Shown in pieces: positions 37,610 through 51,003 of a DNA stretch of 64,000 nt; within the stretch, counting starts at the first letter, position 1; each line of letters starts with the position of its first letter. The notes under the pieces are model-generated. The model ran no database searches, was not told the DNA's origin, and saw nothing but the letters and a program-made list of their open reading frames with translations. A program made the translations under genes and the position numbers. Location of the stretch: contig AP026162.1 of NCBI GenBank assembly GCA_030295235.1, positions 2,418,001-2,482,000 on the forward strand. The letters run 5' to 3'. The DNA comes from Fistulifera solaris. Its lineage: Eukaryota.

Positions 37610-40600
37610 AGCAATAATAAACGAGATTCTCAAGCGAATATCACAACAATATCCGCAACAACGATACAACTTGGAATCAATGCGCTTACCGATCTCTCCT
37701 TCACGTGAAATGCTCAATAAACCACCAATATTTGCAAGCAATATGCTTCGTTCTCAGTGTCATCTTTGGATACTCATTGTTCATCATTATCAATGCTCCA
37801 TTGTTGTCCTCCCATACGGTAGAAACTGTAGAAGCAGAATCTCTGTCTATCCCAAAATGAATAGTAAGCTCTTCCATCACCTCTCTGATAGGCAATAACT
37901 GTCTCATCGCAACCGATGCTGCAATAAACTCTGCTTCCGTAGTAGAAAGCGAAATTTCCGATTGTAACTTTGAACCCCACAGCACAGGAACATCACCGAG
38001 TGTGATGACATATCCCGTTCGACTCTTAACACAGACCGGATCATTTGCATCTTCCGAATTCCACAATCCAGCAAAATCTGCATCCACAAACAAATCCAAT
38101 TTCAGATCATTCGTGGGATGTATAATCATTCCTCTCGTTCTCGTAGCCTTCAAATATCGACCAATCGTCTTCAACGCTTTCTCGTGAACTCGTTTCGGAC
38201 AATGAGTGAATCGCGCGCATTGATGCACAGCACATGCAATGTCAGGTCTCGAATTCGATGCCAAATACATCATCATTCCAATAACACTTGCATACGACCA
38301 ATCTTCGACACAATCTTCACCGTTCTCATCCTTTCCAAGCATAGTCGGGCTCGCGGGAATTTGATTTTCTCTACTATCCTGCAATCCCAGCGTCGCAACA
38401 ATACGATCAAAAAGCCCAGTTTGCAACAACTCCAGAGTTTCGTCCGTCTTTTCGCTCAATCAATATACCAAGAAATCCAGCAACACTTTCATCTTCAACC
38501 TTAAGCTGAAATCTCTGATACTTCTCATTGTGACAAAGATCATGAATGACCTCATCGATATCAGACACATCGTGTGCAAAGAACAAGCAATCATCCACAT
38601 AAGTCAAACACAACACCTTATCTGAAAGAAACAAGCACAGCTCATTCTTCGATTGACGAAATCCTCTGTCTTCCAATCCTTTCTTCAATGTCTTAAAGAA
38701 ATTCAGCGGGCTTTGGGCGTAAACCATAAACACTCTTCTTCAACTTGAAAATATAACCTGGTCTCTCGTGAACGCTTTGGCATCTCACAATAGACCTCTT
38801 CGTCAAGATCAGCTTGAACAAAGGCTAACGTATAATCAACCTGTCGTGTCGCCAATCTCAAAACTATCGACATAATCAACAATAGACGCACGGTACTCCA
38901 CGAAACGACCGGTGCATACGTTTCAAAGAAATCGACTCCTTCAATCTGTCGGTCTCCTCGAATACACCAGCGCTTTGTATTTCTTGACAGTCCCATCAGG
39001 ATATCTTTTGCATTTGAATGCCCAAGTACTTGGCAATATGTTGGCTCCCTTTTCTATCGCTTCCGACCTCGGTACTTCATCCCACGGGTCTAACGCCTTC
39101 AACGAGTAGTACTCATCGTCCATTGCTTTTTCGTAACCAATTGCATCCGGACCATTCATCACTTGATAAAAGTTCGGAGCATCCTCATTGTTCACCTTCG
39201 CAGCAAAAGCAAACGGATGTATGTCCTCAATCAAGTTGTCATCGTCGCTGTGTCTGTATCATCGAAACATGTGCCCAATAATTTCCAACAGCCAACGGTT
39301 CCTCATCAAAACTCAATGTCGACAAGAGAGCATCATTCGAAGACAAAACTCCAAATTCAGCTTCAATCTCATGCAACAGTCTCTCTTCTTCGCTCAAACC
39401 AAACTCAGATTTGACGAAGTTCACATCAGTTTCGTCTTCGGGACCAAAGTAACGATCACCTTTCACTGGCTTATTTGCGTAATCGGGACCATAAAACTTT
39501 CGATTCCAATGACAATTTCTACCACTTCTCCTTGGTGGCTGGGGTTCTTCATCTTCATCCACTATGTCACATCTCCCTCTGGAAACGACAACGGAACTTC
39601 TACTTCCATTTCATTCGATTTGTTCTCCACAGGAATTTTTGGGCTCAGGCTCATCGGTATTCGGATTCTGCACCAACGGAATTGTCGTAAACCTTTCGTC
39701 CTACACCACATGAAATTGTGATGAGACCGCACCAGTTCGCAAGTTCCTGATCAAACCAATCGTACTCGCATGTCAGGTAAATATACCCAAGAACTGTCCT
39801 CTTCGACTTTTCGGGTTGCCAACGAGGTAACTTCTTTCCGTCCTGAACTTTTGCATCCAAAACATAACACGGACATCCAAAGACTCTCATCTTCTGTAAA
39901 ACCTCCAAGTTCATGGTCACTCCTGAGAATAACTCAATCGGTGCCAAACCTGTATCTTTCTTCGGAAGTCGGTTCCAAAGATAGACTGCGTAATCCACAG
40001 CAAATGGCCACAACTCAATCTTTGTCTCTGCGGGCCAGTGAATCATCGCATGTAGCAGCATTGTTCGGGCACTTTCGGTAATAGTTCAGTATCGCGTTCT
40101 CGGCAATACCATTCTGATGATGCGCTCCAACACCAGAAAACTCAATGCTCTGTCCTTTAAGCTCTAAATCCTTCATGAATTCCTGTGACTTGTAAACTCC
40201 TTGATCGGTACGGTATCCGTGAATTTCAACACCATACGATCTTGCTTCCTGCTCAAATGCATGCTTTGCTCTGAGCGTCTCTGCAGCCGTCGTAGTAATC
40301 TGATTTTTAACTTGTCGCTGTATCAACGAATATAGTTCCGTAGCCATATTTCTCATTCTCTTGCTCCTTTCCATGAGTATCTTCCCTTCGACCACGTTCA
40401 GATGAAGTAAACTGATTGGATGAAATAACTTGGCCAGGCGTCAAGATGCCAGCCTTTAACACACCGTCTCTACTCGGGACTTTTGACTGCTTTTCGGTTT
40501 CAATTGCACGCCTTTTTGCTTTTCCATATTGACATGCAGCAAAAACTGGCGGCTCGCACGAGGACGTCTTCTCATATCGGGTAGGAATAAGTGGAACATT

Positions 40601-43415
40601 CGTCTTATCCCCCTCAGCGAACTCGCGTGAGTTGCTGAATCCACTGAAAGTTAAAATGCCCCAGACGATCATGAATCAACTTTAATTCACATTGCGCGGG
40701 CGTCAGGTTCAAATTCGCTTCCAACGTTACTTGAATAGAGCTAGGAGCCACAGCAAATCCTTGATTGACCGTATATCCTTGATTGACCGTCAGATCATCG
40801 CACATGGTAAGACGATCTTTGGTAGCGTAAAACGTAAGCTTGGACTTTGTAAAAGGAAACCTGAAAACACATCCATGTTCATTGACCAGGAATGATCCCT
40901 TGCCCCCTCTGGCTTCAATCTGGAAATGAACTTGAGGGCTGAACAACCGTACCTGCGCCGAAGGAACATACAGCTCAATGACGGATTGCTTGAACTTGTC
41001 CGTTATCGTCACGAATTGACCACCTGACAAACCCCCAACCTTTCACTTGGGCCTTCTGTGCAATACCTGTTAAGTTGCCGCCGGAGTTGTGAAACTCCTC
41101 GAAATCTTCTCAATGTGGCGTCACTCCGGTAGATGCTCCAGTATCAAAAACAATTGGCGTCTCTGACACGTTCCGAAGTAGACACTTTGTAGATGAAAAC
41201 AACCATCGACCGGATGACCTTGACCTGTATCCATCAATGGGTAAAGCGTAGCAATGTAGCTTGATAAACTTCCCAATAAACAAAGATCGCATCACAAACG
41301 AACTGGGCACTTCCATAACTTCATTGAAAGCACAACCAATAATCACTCCAAAAGAAACAAGCCAAAGTAGAAAGACAAGCGTGTTGATGATTGCGCTCAC
41401 ACTCATCTTCTCAATTCTGGAAAGTTTGGGCCATCTGCTCCATCGGTCCAGAAAACCAATGAAGCGGCCCATTAAAAACGCTGGCGTCAACTTGCCGGCG
41501 TAATTTCCTTGACCACCTTCTTTATCTTTATCCTTCGCGTCAGAGTCTGAATTCTTCTTGCCTTCCGACTTTGTAGAATCATCCGACACAAAGTTAGCCA
41601 CCATCGCGCGGTGCGTATCGGTGTCATGATCGTTCCATCTGTTGCATCGACCACACCAATAGACCATTTTGCCATCATTAACTTTCTTGTGCGGTTCGCC
41701 TTTCTTTGGAGGAGTGCGATACAGGTCTTTGTCGCCTTTATTGCTGGACTTATCATTTTGTTTTCCGCTACCTTGGCCTTGGCCTCCACGACCACCTCGA
41801 CCACCTTTTCCTCCGCGTCCGCGACCACGACCTCCACGGCCTTCTCTATGACCACCACGCTCATTATTATTCTCTTTCTTCGGCGCTTTGCAGTCTTTGG
41901 CCATGTGCCCTTCCTTTCCACAATTGTAGCAATTGCCGGCAAAGAATCCAGTTTCATCCTCTCCGTCGCCAGCTGCCCACAAACTCGCACCAATCAATCC
42001 AGAATAGAGATTGTTGGCTTTAGCAGTAATGTCTTCCACAGTGCATCTGTCTCCCGCCACAGCTCTAAACGTCGTAAGCTTGCGGTTAAACTCTTCCGTC
42101 GAACTCTTGACTAGTGAACGTTCGATGATAATCACAAAGTCAGGCACAGTCGCATTTCCTGTAAACGTATCCACATTCGAAAGCATATTGAACACTCCAT
42201 GTGCAACCGTGCAATAACTGCGAACGTTTTCGCCAGGAAAGTCGGTTACACTCAAGCTCTCAAACTGATCAATCAAACCACGGAGCGTCGTCGAGTCTCG
42301 CACAACAACGAATTCCATCATCATTTTAAAGTAAACAGGGCCAGTTCGATGAATCTCCGGGAGGCCTTGTGCCTGAGTTTTGATCCTCGTGCGAAGCTCT
42401 TCGGAGCAACTGTTGAGAATCAATTCTCCAGACCAAGCCAAATTTTCCCTTTTGTATTTCTGTCGAGAAACACTCGCCAAAAACACTGAATGTTTTTTAA
42501 TATTCTCCATGCTCACTTCCGAATAACGCAAAAGAAGCGAAGAAATCTTAGCATCTGGCGCTGGGACCTCAATTCCATATCCAGGATGATGCACAAAGCT
42601 CGTCGGAATGTCGAAAACATCCAACATGTCGTACATTCTCATCTTTTCGCAATGTCCCGATACGAAGATCCACACGATACCACTTCACAATGTCTCCGCC
42701 GAGCCCGCAACCTTCAAATTCACAGTGTCCATGGAATCAAACTGCGGTTCAATCCCTTCCGTGGCATGCTCGCGAAGATAGTTTTACTCCTTAGTACTCA
42801 AATCCTTTCTGTCCTTCTTTGGGAATGGAATATTCCCTTCCAACTGCTCAGCGACGCTTAGAATGGTCGCCGGAGGCGCTTCTCCATCCAAGTGATTGCT
42901 CAAATAATCAAACGGATCAGCCATGTTGATTGTTTCGGTCACAGGTTCAGTCGGATTCTGATCTGTCACAAATTCCAACTGTTCTTGTTCAGCTTCCGAT
43001 TCGATGACGTCTTCGAAAGATGAAAGTTCCCTCTCTTCAAAGACTTCTTCCTTTTCTTCGTCACCCACTTCCTCTCTCAAAGCAGGTACTTCCTCTTGTT
43101 GCCGATCTTGTGGTGGGTCAGCACTTCTGGTTCGCCGTGTTGGCATTCAATTCCTCGTCTATCAAACAGATCCAACACTCGCGCGTGAATCTGGGCTCAT
43201 AACCAGCAATAATAAACGAGATTCTCAAGCGAATATCACAACAATATCCGCAACAACGATACAACTTCGAATAACAAAGTCAATTCTAACACATTAATGA
43301 TTATCTTACAATTGTTGTTGCATCGCAACAAGTCATTCCGATGACGTCGACTTTTCAACCAACTCGTGTCCTAGTCAGTAACGTATACTTGAACGAGACT
43401 GCCCATTCATCTTCA
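37610..43415 (-). mobile_element. Ty1/copia LTR retrotransposon, decayed, with a 3' internal deletion; outer edge of the 5' LTR uncertain (43322-43415)
   Basis: Order gag (CYNCGKEGHMAKDC) - PR (IVFDTGAS) - INT (HDRLGH, YRTDQG, QNGIAE) - RT (ETYAPV, YVDD) - RH (FVDADFAG, STTEAEF, WEDN). A 63-bp LTR segment is shared at 37610-37672 and 43205-43267. Confidence 0.93.
43191..43204 (-). other. Primer-binding site complementary to the anticodon arm of initiator tRNA-Met
   Basis: Minus-strand GGTTATGAGCCCAG directly follows the 5' LTR. This is the same type as the half-tRNA PBS of Drosophila copia and yeast Ty5. Confidence 0.85.
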
Positions 43416-44018
43416 CTAGTAGACTTAAACCAGCTTAGTAAAGATTATTGCTTCTCTCTTTTGAAAGCTTTCAGCTGATTTCTTGACAAGAATTATTAGA
43501 GCAGCCCGGTCTTTGCCAACAATTCGCGACTTCCCACCAGGTACACTGCTTTTTTGGAATTGATCCCCTCTGCTAGGTTCAAAACAAGTGCTCTGGTCCA
43601 ACAGTAGACGTGTGAGTGTGCTCAGTTTTAATGTAGAAAGATCAACCTTGAGGGCTAGAAATGAACGGCGTATGTTCAAGTAAACATGAAATCTGCTCGA
43701 GCTCGGCTAGAACGTCCGTGTGGTTCGCGAGTAGAAGCCCGGAACGCTTAAAAATCAGTCACCAAACACGGTGATATTTGTGCAAGACCCTCGCAACCCT
43801 ACAAGCAGTCATTTTCAACGCGTATATTCAATCAATCTTGTCGGCGTATGCTACTCTTCTTCCAAAAAGTTGGGGTTAGAAGACTACCTTAGGCTGGCTT
43901 AAAACAACCACAGGGACCCACACTTAGTATCAACAAAGAAGCATTCTGAGAGAGTTCGTAATGGTTAGTCTCTTATGCTCGTGATTTCTCAAGAGCCATC
44001 ATTGTCCGCTTTTATCAC

Positions 44019-45551
44019 TCAAGCATGCATCGTAAAAAACGATGAATACTGCGCCAACTCGCATAGGGCATCCGTATGATTCGCCATCAAAAGCGCATTG
44101 CGCTGAAAATCACCTCTTGCACTGCGAGCCAGCGCCTCATTGACTAGTGGTGTTACAAATGACGTTGAGCTTTGTGCCAGGCTTTGGGAGCCCCGAAGGA
44201 AGCCGTTAAATGAGTAAATTCGGTCAATCTCGTCACCATCTGTTATCCTTTCTCCGAAATAATTAAGCACTTCGATCGACCTATTCTTCTTGAGCAGTTG
44301 TTTCAGCATTGCGTGGGTAGGATCCACCTTTTCTAGGTACTGGTCGACTTTGAAGCGGCGCAATCCCTTGTGGTGCTCCATTGCTGCGTATATCTCACCG
44401 AGATGTTTGTCGTATTCGATAAAAGTGTAGCGCATGTAAAGTTCTTCCAAATTTTGGTTGGCGTCTATAACACGAATGAGCTCCTCCGCAATACTTTCGG
44501 GTATGCCTCGTACCCACTTGGGGCAAAGAGCAAGTTTAAGCTTCACAAGATCTCCTAATGCAGCGAGACGACGGAGAAAGGAAGCGATAAAGTCGACGTG
44601 AGCCACCGATTCACAAGATGAGAATTCAACCGACACATGTTTCGGAACGATTTCAATTGTAGTCCAATCCAGCCTCAAGGAGTCGCTGATATCAATAGTG
44701 AAGCTTACTGCTTTCGCTGAAGCCAAGAGCAGCTCTCGTATCAGCAATGGTCCAACGAAGCAAGACATTTCAAGGTTGTCGATTGATTCGCACAGCAGAA
44801 GCCGTTGGAAGCAAACGCCAAGAGGTGCATGTATTTCCCCACCTAGCCTTAGACTACCAAAAGGTAATTTTCTTCCATGGAGTGCTTCCACAAACGCGTA
44901 ACCCCCATCTGAAAAAGAGCCGAGCGAATTCCCTAATTCAAGCGCAATGGGATGCGGTACCTGGGTAATATATTTCGCTTGGGCTGGGCTGATGTTCGAT
45001 ACTATTAATTCTGTCTTGGACTGCCTGTTTCGGAGAAGGAGATCAAGCTGCTCATTCAACACGGCACCAAAGTCAAATCGTTCATTGCAATGTACGTGCA
45101 TGATTTGAATATTGCTTTCTAAACCCCAGACAAAGGCTGCTGTCTCCGCAATAGCGTAATCTGACCTTCCAATGATTGTACAACCAAAAGAGCCGGATTT
45201 GGTATAAATGTATTTTTCATCATAGGCCAGGGTGACCTGCTGTATCAAACTTCCTTCGAAGGCATGATTGCCCTGAAAAAAGAGCTCGCGGTCCACGCAA
45301 CCGAAGGACACACCAGTCACAATGAGTGTATTGTTAGCTTGCCGAATCGCCAATAAACCAGTAAGTTGCCTTAGTTCTTCAGCACAGGGAGTTCTCTTAA
45401 ACTTGTAAATGGGCAATACTGGTCCATTACGATACTGCAGGTACGGCAGATGTCGTAAATTGAGTCGTGACGGAGGAATTTCTTCCAAAACGGACTCGTT
45501 TGCGGTTAGCATTCTTTCTAACCCACGAAGCTCGTCTATCAAACACGCCAT
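44019..45551 (-). CDS. Expanded family, copy J (subfamily I), intact 510 aa
   Basis: Single ORF with LPIYKFKRTP, IIGRSDYAIAETAAFVW, FSDGGYAFV, LRRLAALG, LMANHTDALCEL. Confidence 0.9.
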   Translation of the reverse strand: MACLIDELRGLERMLTANESVLEEIPPSRLNLRHLPYLQYRNGPVLPIYKFKRTPCAEELRQLTGLLAIRQANNTLIVTGVSFGCVDRELFFQGNHAFEGSLIQQVTLAYDEKYIYTKSGSFGCTIIGRSDYAIAETAAFVWGLESNIQIMHVHCNERFDFGAVLNEQLDLLLRNRQSKTELIVSNISPAQAKYITQVPHPIALELGNSLGSFSDGGYAFVEALHGRKLPFGSLRLGGEIHAPLGVCFQRLLLCESIDNLEMSCFVGPLLIRELLLASAKAVSFTIDISDSLRLDWTTIEIVPKHVSVEFSSCESVAHVDFIASFLRRLAALGDLVKLKLALCPKWVRGIPESIAEELIRVIDANQNLEELYMRYTFIEYDKHLGEIYAAMEHHKGLRRFKVDQYLEKVDPTHAMLKQLLKKNRSIEVLNYFGERITDGDEIDRIYSFNGFLRGSQSLAQSSTSFVTPLVNEALARSARGDFQRNALLMANHTDALCELAQYSSFFTMHA

Positions 45552-45859
45552 AGAATAGTGGGGTCGCTAGTTTGTTGGAGGATCTAGAGTCGGCGCATAC
45601 CTGATTATGTCAGTATCACAATCAAATTATGATTTCCGCGCATTTTTTGTTACAAATTTTATTGCATCATCATGGTTTTTATTGACGACTCCTCATCATA
45701 CAAACAAGTCGCTTGTCGCATAGAGATTTAATTCGCGTTTCGCGTTTCATTTCTAGGTGCCAATAAAGCGCTGCGACCTGCGACCTGATGAGGGTTTACT
45801 GATTATCAGTCCCATTTACAAGTGACTAACTATGTGACCAACACCTGGTAAGCAGTCTT

Positions 45860-46190
45860 GATATTTTGTCTCGTAACCCTTCATGATCCTCCATAGCTGC
45901 AAATAAATCCTTGAGATTTCCTTCAAATCACTGAACGCAAAACAAAGCCATAGTTCCTCAAAATTCTGATTGGCGACTACAGCGTGAACTACCTCTTGTG
46001 CTATACCGTCGGTGCATGATGGTGTCCAAAGTATGATCGAGGTGCAGTTCAAGGCTCACAATATGTTTCACTTCGGAGATACAACGAAGAAACGAATTGA
46101 TAAAGTCAATGTGAGCCTCTTACTCGCAACGCGAGGATTGTACTATCAGTTTTACGGAAGCATGTCAACAAAAGACCAATCCATTCACTG
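45860..46190 (-). pseudogene. Expanded family, copy K: internal fragment
   Basis: IAQEVVHAVVANQNFEELWL, with upstream remnants of MDWSFVDMLP. Confidence 0.6.
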
Positions 46191-46546
46191 GTAAGGATAA
46201 AGAAAAATGGGAAATAGAATCAAGACGTTTGTAATGTTTCGAAGTCCTCTTATTAGGTGACAAGACTAATCGCTGTATTCGAAAGCGTGCAAATCCTTAT
46301 AAGATGCAGTCCCGTGCCCAATTAACCTTTTGTTGTGGCCAGTGCAGCCAGACAGGGCCCACCTTGGCTTTCGAAAATCGCATGTACTTGGTAACAGTCA
46401 CCTCATGACCCCACAGACGATTCGCAATATTCTGAACTCCCAGAAGCAAAATTGATTCATCGGATCTAGATGCAGTGGTTGAGAGACGCTCACAATCTTC
46501 GTCACTCGTTCTTCTGGCCAAACTTTTCGGCTTCAAGCAAGCTTAC

Positions 46547-46810
46547 CTAAATCCCTCCTCCTGCGACTGAGGGTGATGCCATCTCGGTCATGAGCTCACA
46601 TAATACGTCGGTGTGATCCGACAATAGTATCCCAATACGAGGAAAGCTGCCTGCAGCACTATGTGTCAACGCAGCGACAACAAGGAAGGGACGGAGGTGA
46701 TCCAGTTGTTCCCGTAGAAGTAGTGTTTTACGGAAGTATCGGTTAAGCATGATAACATCCTGAATGTCTTTGACCACCATTAACATTGGATCAGAGTCGC
46801 CACGTCGCAC
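46547..46810 (-). pseudogene. Expanded family, copy L: C-terminal fragment of a subfamily II gene
   Basis: LNRYFR...AALTHSAAGSFPRIGILLSDHTDVLCEL. Confidence 0.75.
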
Positions 46811-48247
46811 AAAGGGGACGTATTGTTTGCCATCAGAAATGCCAATCGTTGAAAATCATTGCCAGCACTGTGGATTGAAGCTTCGCAAACAAGCGCTGGC
46901 ATTATTGACAGGGTTTCCTTTCTAAGACCTTGGAAGTCCCAAAAGAACTGATAGAATGCATAAATTCAATCGATAGTATCCTCGTCGGTCACTCTTTTCC
47001 ATCGCTGTCTACAATTTCAATATTTCTATTTTGCTTCAGCAACTGCTTCAGCATCTCATAGCATGAATCAAGTTCGGTGGGGTACTCGTCAATTTTTCAG
47101 ACAGCGTAGACTCTCATGTCGCCCATAGTCGTGAACAGTGAACACGTCCCGAAGCTTTGTACCGAGTTTTCGCAGCACGAAAGACAAGTGCAACTCCTTT
47201 AATCCTTGGTTTGCAGCAACAGCATGAATCAGCTCCTCTACGGCTCTAGTGGGCACTTGTGGAAACCAAAATGTAAACTCGAGCTTCACGAAATCTCCCA
47301 TTCCGGCAAGACGCCAGAGAAACGAACACAAAGAGTCGGTGTGGTCCTCCTCATCAAACAAATCTAGATCCAGTGACAGCTCTTTGGGGATAATGTCAAC
47401 AGATGACCAATCCTTCCATAAATCATCCCCTTCGCAGAGAATACGAATACACTTGACCGAAGCAGTGAGAAGCTGCCGTATTTGACTCGGGGTCCCGACT
47501 CTCAACTCGACTTGTTCAATGGCTTTGGCTTCCAAAAGACGTTGAAACGTGTCACTTTGTGACTCCAGTATTCTCCACAGCTTCAGAGGCCAAAGAGGAA
47601 TCTCTTCGCAGAAGCGATTCGACGAATGCATTACCACCGTCCGAAAACGAGTCAGAAGATTCCTGCAAGTAGAGAGATATGGGATAGGGAAGCTGGGCAA
47701 TAAAATCAGATTGCATTGGGCTTATGGTCGACACATCCAATGCAATTTGCGCGTTTTCATGTGTTCGGAAAAGAACTGCAAGCTGTTCTAGTGAGAAAAC
47801 ACCAAAGTTGAACTCGCCACAGCTCGTACAGGTCTCTGGCTTCAATGTTATGAAATAACTCCCACAGAAAAGTTGCTGTTTCTGCAATAGCGTGATCTGA
47901 TGTTCCAACGATGGTATATCGAAGAGAACCAACACTGAACCAAAGAAACCTTTCATCGTCGGCCAAGTCTATAAAGCTTGTACATCCCTTTTTGGAGTCT
48001 TGCTGGTCAAGATATGATATCGATCGTCCCTCAATTTTAGCCGGATTATCTGTCACAATGAGTGTTCGATTTTCTTGCCAAATCGACCACAAACCATTCC
48101 GCTGCTGAATGTCTCGGCTAGTGGGTGGCTTTCGAAATATGAAAGTCGGTATTACCGCCCCATTTTCGTCCACAACTACTGACATCTTTGTAGCTTGAGC
48201 TGACATTCTGGAACAAGGTCAAGCAAAGATTGAAATTGGTTCGACAT
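46811..48247 (-). CDS. Expanded family, copy M (subfamily I), multiple frameshifts, 3' end fused to fragment L
   Basis: IVGTSDHAIAETATFLW, FSDGGNAFV, DWSSVDIIPKEL, ANQGLKELHL, LAFLMANN. Confidence 0.75.
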
Positions 48248-48733
48248 TTTCTTTTCTATTCACTTTTGCCTTTCACACGGATACCATCCGGGGTGGCGAA
48301 CCACGGGCCATTCGGTGAACTGTTTCAAAGAGGGTCGCAAACGGCTTTCGAGATCAGTCAAGAAGCTGAAAAAGCTCTTCAAACTACTTAATATGTTACA
48401 CTTCATAGATCAAAGTCCTGCAAGATCCACTTTTTATGTTGCTTCTCTGCTACCGCGATTTGGGCTGTCGCCTCATACTCATCTCGCACATTTTTTGGTA
48501 CAAGTATCTGTGAGTCACGCTTTGATTAGTGCGAGTCATAGATAAGGAAGACGAGGTGCCCAAAACGTGAAAACGATTCGACCAAAAGAGTATCAGATTC
48601 CATATTGATAAAATAACGGATGAATTAGACATGGATGGAGTACGGTGTTAAAACGCTACGGCGAACCAGTCTACATTTTGGTAAAGCTTCATTGTAGGCT
48701 GCACCCGAACCGGGCACACTCAAAGGTGTGAAC

Positions 48734-50274
48734 TTATTTCCACTGTCGCTTTCGGCGTGGTCCTAGCTCCGAATCTGCTGGATTACCCTCGTCGTCGTCG
48801 TCTCCCTTCCGTTTCAAAAGACTGCTATCATCGTGAGCTTCATTCGCCAAATCGATCTCGTGCAAAACTTCGCACAAGATGTCTGCCTGATCTCCCAATA
48901 ATGACGCGGCACGCTGGAAATGGTTTACGGCGCCATAAGTCAAAGCGGTTACCAGGACTAACGTTCGGATAGACAGCGGCTCTTTGGTCACCATGTGCGA
49001 TCCATGAAGGAATCGGTTCAATGCGTAGAGTTTCTCGAGTTCGCGATCGTACTTCCAATCCAAACCGTGGTTATTAGTCACATGCACGCGTCGATTTCGT
49101 TGCATCAAGTGCTTGAGCCACTTGAATTGAGGGTCGAGCATTTTAGGGTAAACACTTATACTGAGAACCGTGAGTTTGTCGTGCTTCTCAATAACGTCAA
49201 AGAGATCTTTAATGAATTGGTCATCCAGTGCCTCCCCCGAAACTGGTAACTTGAGAGACTTCAGGTTTTTGCTTGCACCAAGAAGACCAAGTAACGCCAT
49301 TCCAGCTTCAGCAGGGATGGGATCATCTACACATAGAGAGAGCTCGAGACTTTCCAAATGGCCTAGTTGGGCGACTCGGCGAAGAAAAGATAACATGAAT
49401 GTTGTTGGAAACGCGGCTTCGTATAATGTTTGGATGCGAATTTCTTTGGGAAGAATGTCCGCTGCCATCAAATCAAAATCGTTGTTTTCTTCACCGACTG
49501 TGAAGCCCACACTTTTCACGGGCGCGGACAGCAGTTGTAAAATTAGATCATTGGGCAATCTGTTGACGCGGAAGTGTTCGAATAAATTCAGTTGATGGAA
49601 AATCGTCTTAAAAAGACTCGTCGCAAGGGACTGTTCAGATGTCAGAGAACCAAAAGGTGTTGTACGGCCTTGAAAATGCTTCAAAAAAGCATCGTTATCA
49701 ATTGACGCGGTTTCGAGGTATAAATTGAGTGGGTACGGGCGTGTTGCAATCATCGCGGAAACGGCACTGTTGAGCTTAGAACCAATGAAACATATTTTCC
49801 TGGACTGATTTTTATCCATAATCAGAGCAAGCTGTTCCGCACGGGCATCATCAAAGTCCAAGTTATTCTTGTAGCTGATCTCGATCTGTTTTTGGAAGCT
49901 CTCCAATGTCCCAAAGAAAGTAGCCGTTTCTAAAATGGCATCATCCGAGTCACCATGGATTCGTATGCACACGCCCGGATGGAGCTCAAAAATTTAGTGA
50001 ATCTGGTAGGCGGTGGAAATCGACCGCCATTGTTGATGTAAGCCAACGTTCCATTGTCCATCCAAACCAGCACGCCGCCCTGGCCAGTGCTGTATGGCTT
50101 GAGCTCTTCGATCGCGGAGGGCGCTCGTAAAAACTTGTACAAGTGCCATTCCTTACCCTTTTCCGTCACTGCAAACTGGTTCGCTTGGAATTCAGAAGGT
50201 AAAATTAAGGCTAGTAATGAATTTGGGTTCCTTCCTGGAGTGATCGCCATTGTCATTTGTCTCGAATCAATCAT
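48734..50274 (-). CDS. Expanded family, copy N (subfamily II), one frameshift near 49975
   Basis: LLALILPSE, YKFLRAP, IHGDSDDAILETA, TRPYP, DPQFKWLKHLMQRNR, tail KRKG...PRRKR. Confidence 0.85.
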
Positions 50275-50453
50275 TTTTATTTTTATAAGACTGTTATCGC
50301 ACAGGAAGAATGTTAAACTACTCTCTAGGGCATAGTTTTGGTGTCCTAAGACATTTTTAGTGTACTAAGCAGTACCGTATTGAGAAAATAATGGTACTTT
50401 CATACGCGCATTGACTTTCACAAGTTTAATTTGGTAAACGCAAAACACAAATG

Positions 50454-51003
50454 GAGCTACATTTTTCAAACATAGGAATTCTCTCATTTCGGCGAGGTAT
50501 GTTTGCGAAGAGCGGCGATGTCGCGAAATACTAAGATGTTAATTACGTCTCGAGACGTCTCAGAGACGTCTCTGAGACGTCTCAGAGACGAATTTAACAC
50601 GTCTCAGGATTACGTCTTGAAATCGGAAACTTTGATTAGGGTTTTTCTGCACATACGAAACAAGATCGCAAGGAACGGAAAACGGATCGCCCATCGTAAT
50701 CGTAAATGCCGAAGCATTTGCACGCAGCTTTGACCGACAATGCTCGTTATTTCTTCGTCTACTTAGTAACCGCTCATCATGCCCAAACCAGAACCTATTA
50801 GTAATAAAGAAATACTACGTAATCGTTACGGAGTAGTCTAGATGGTATTAAAAACCCTAATGAGAAACTCATGTTAATTACGTCTCGAGATGTCTCAGAG
50901 ACGTCTCTCTCTACATGTACGTCTCAGGCCGAGACATCGCCGCTCCGAGTGGTTGGACGGCTCGCCGAAACCCGAAAAAGCGAAGTGTTGAAAAATGTAG
51001 CCC
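50454..51003. mobile_element. 550-bp MITE with palindromic GAGACGTCTC arrays
   Basis: TIR blocks G(A/G)GCTACATTTTTCAA, TTTCGGCGAG and GAGCGGCGATGTC at both ends; internal repeats at ~50547-50607 and ~50881-50927. Confidence 0.75.

Noticed and set aside
37604..43421. Target-site duplication for the first copia
   Set aside because: The left flank (A)CTCAG has no match at any candidate right boundary I examined, so the boundary is left uncertain.
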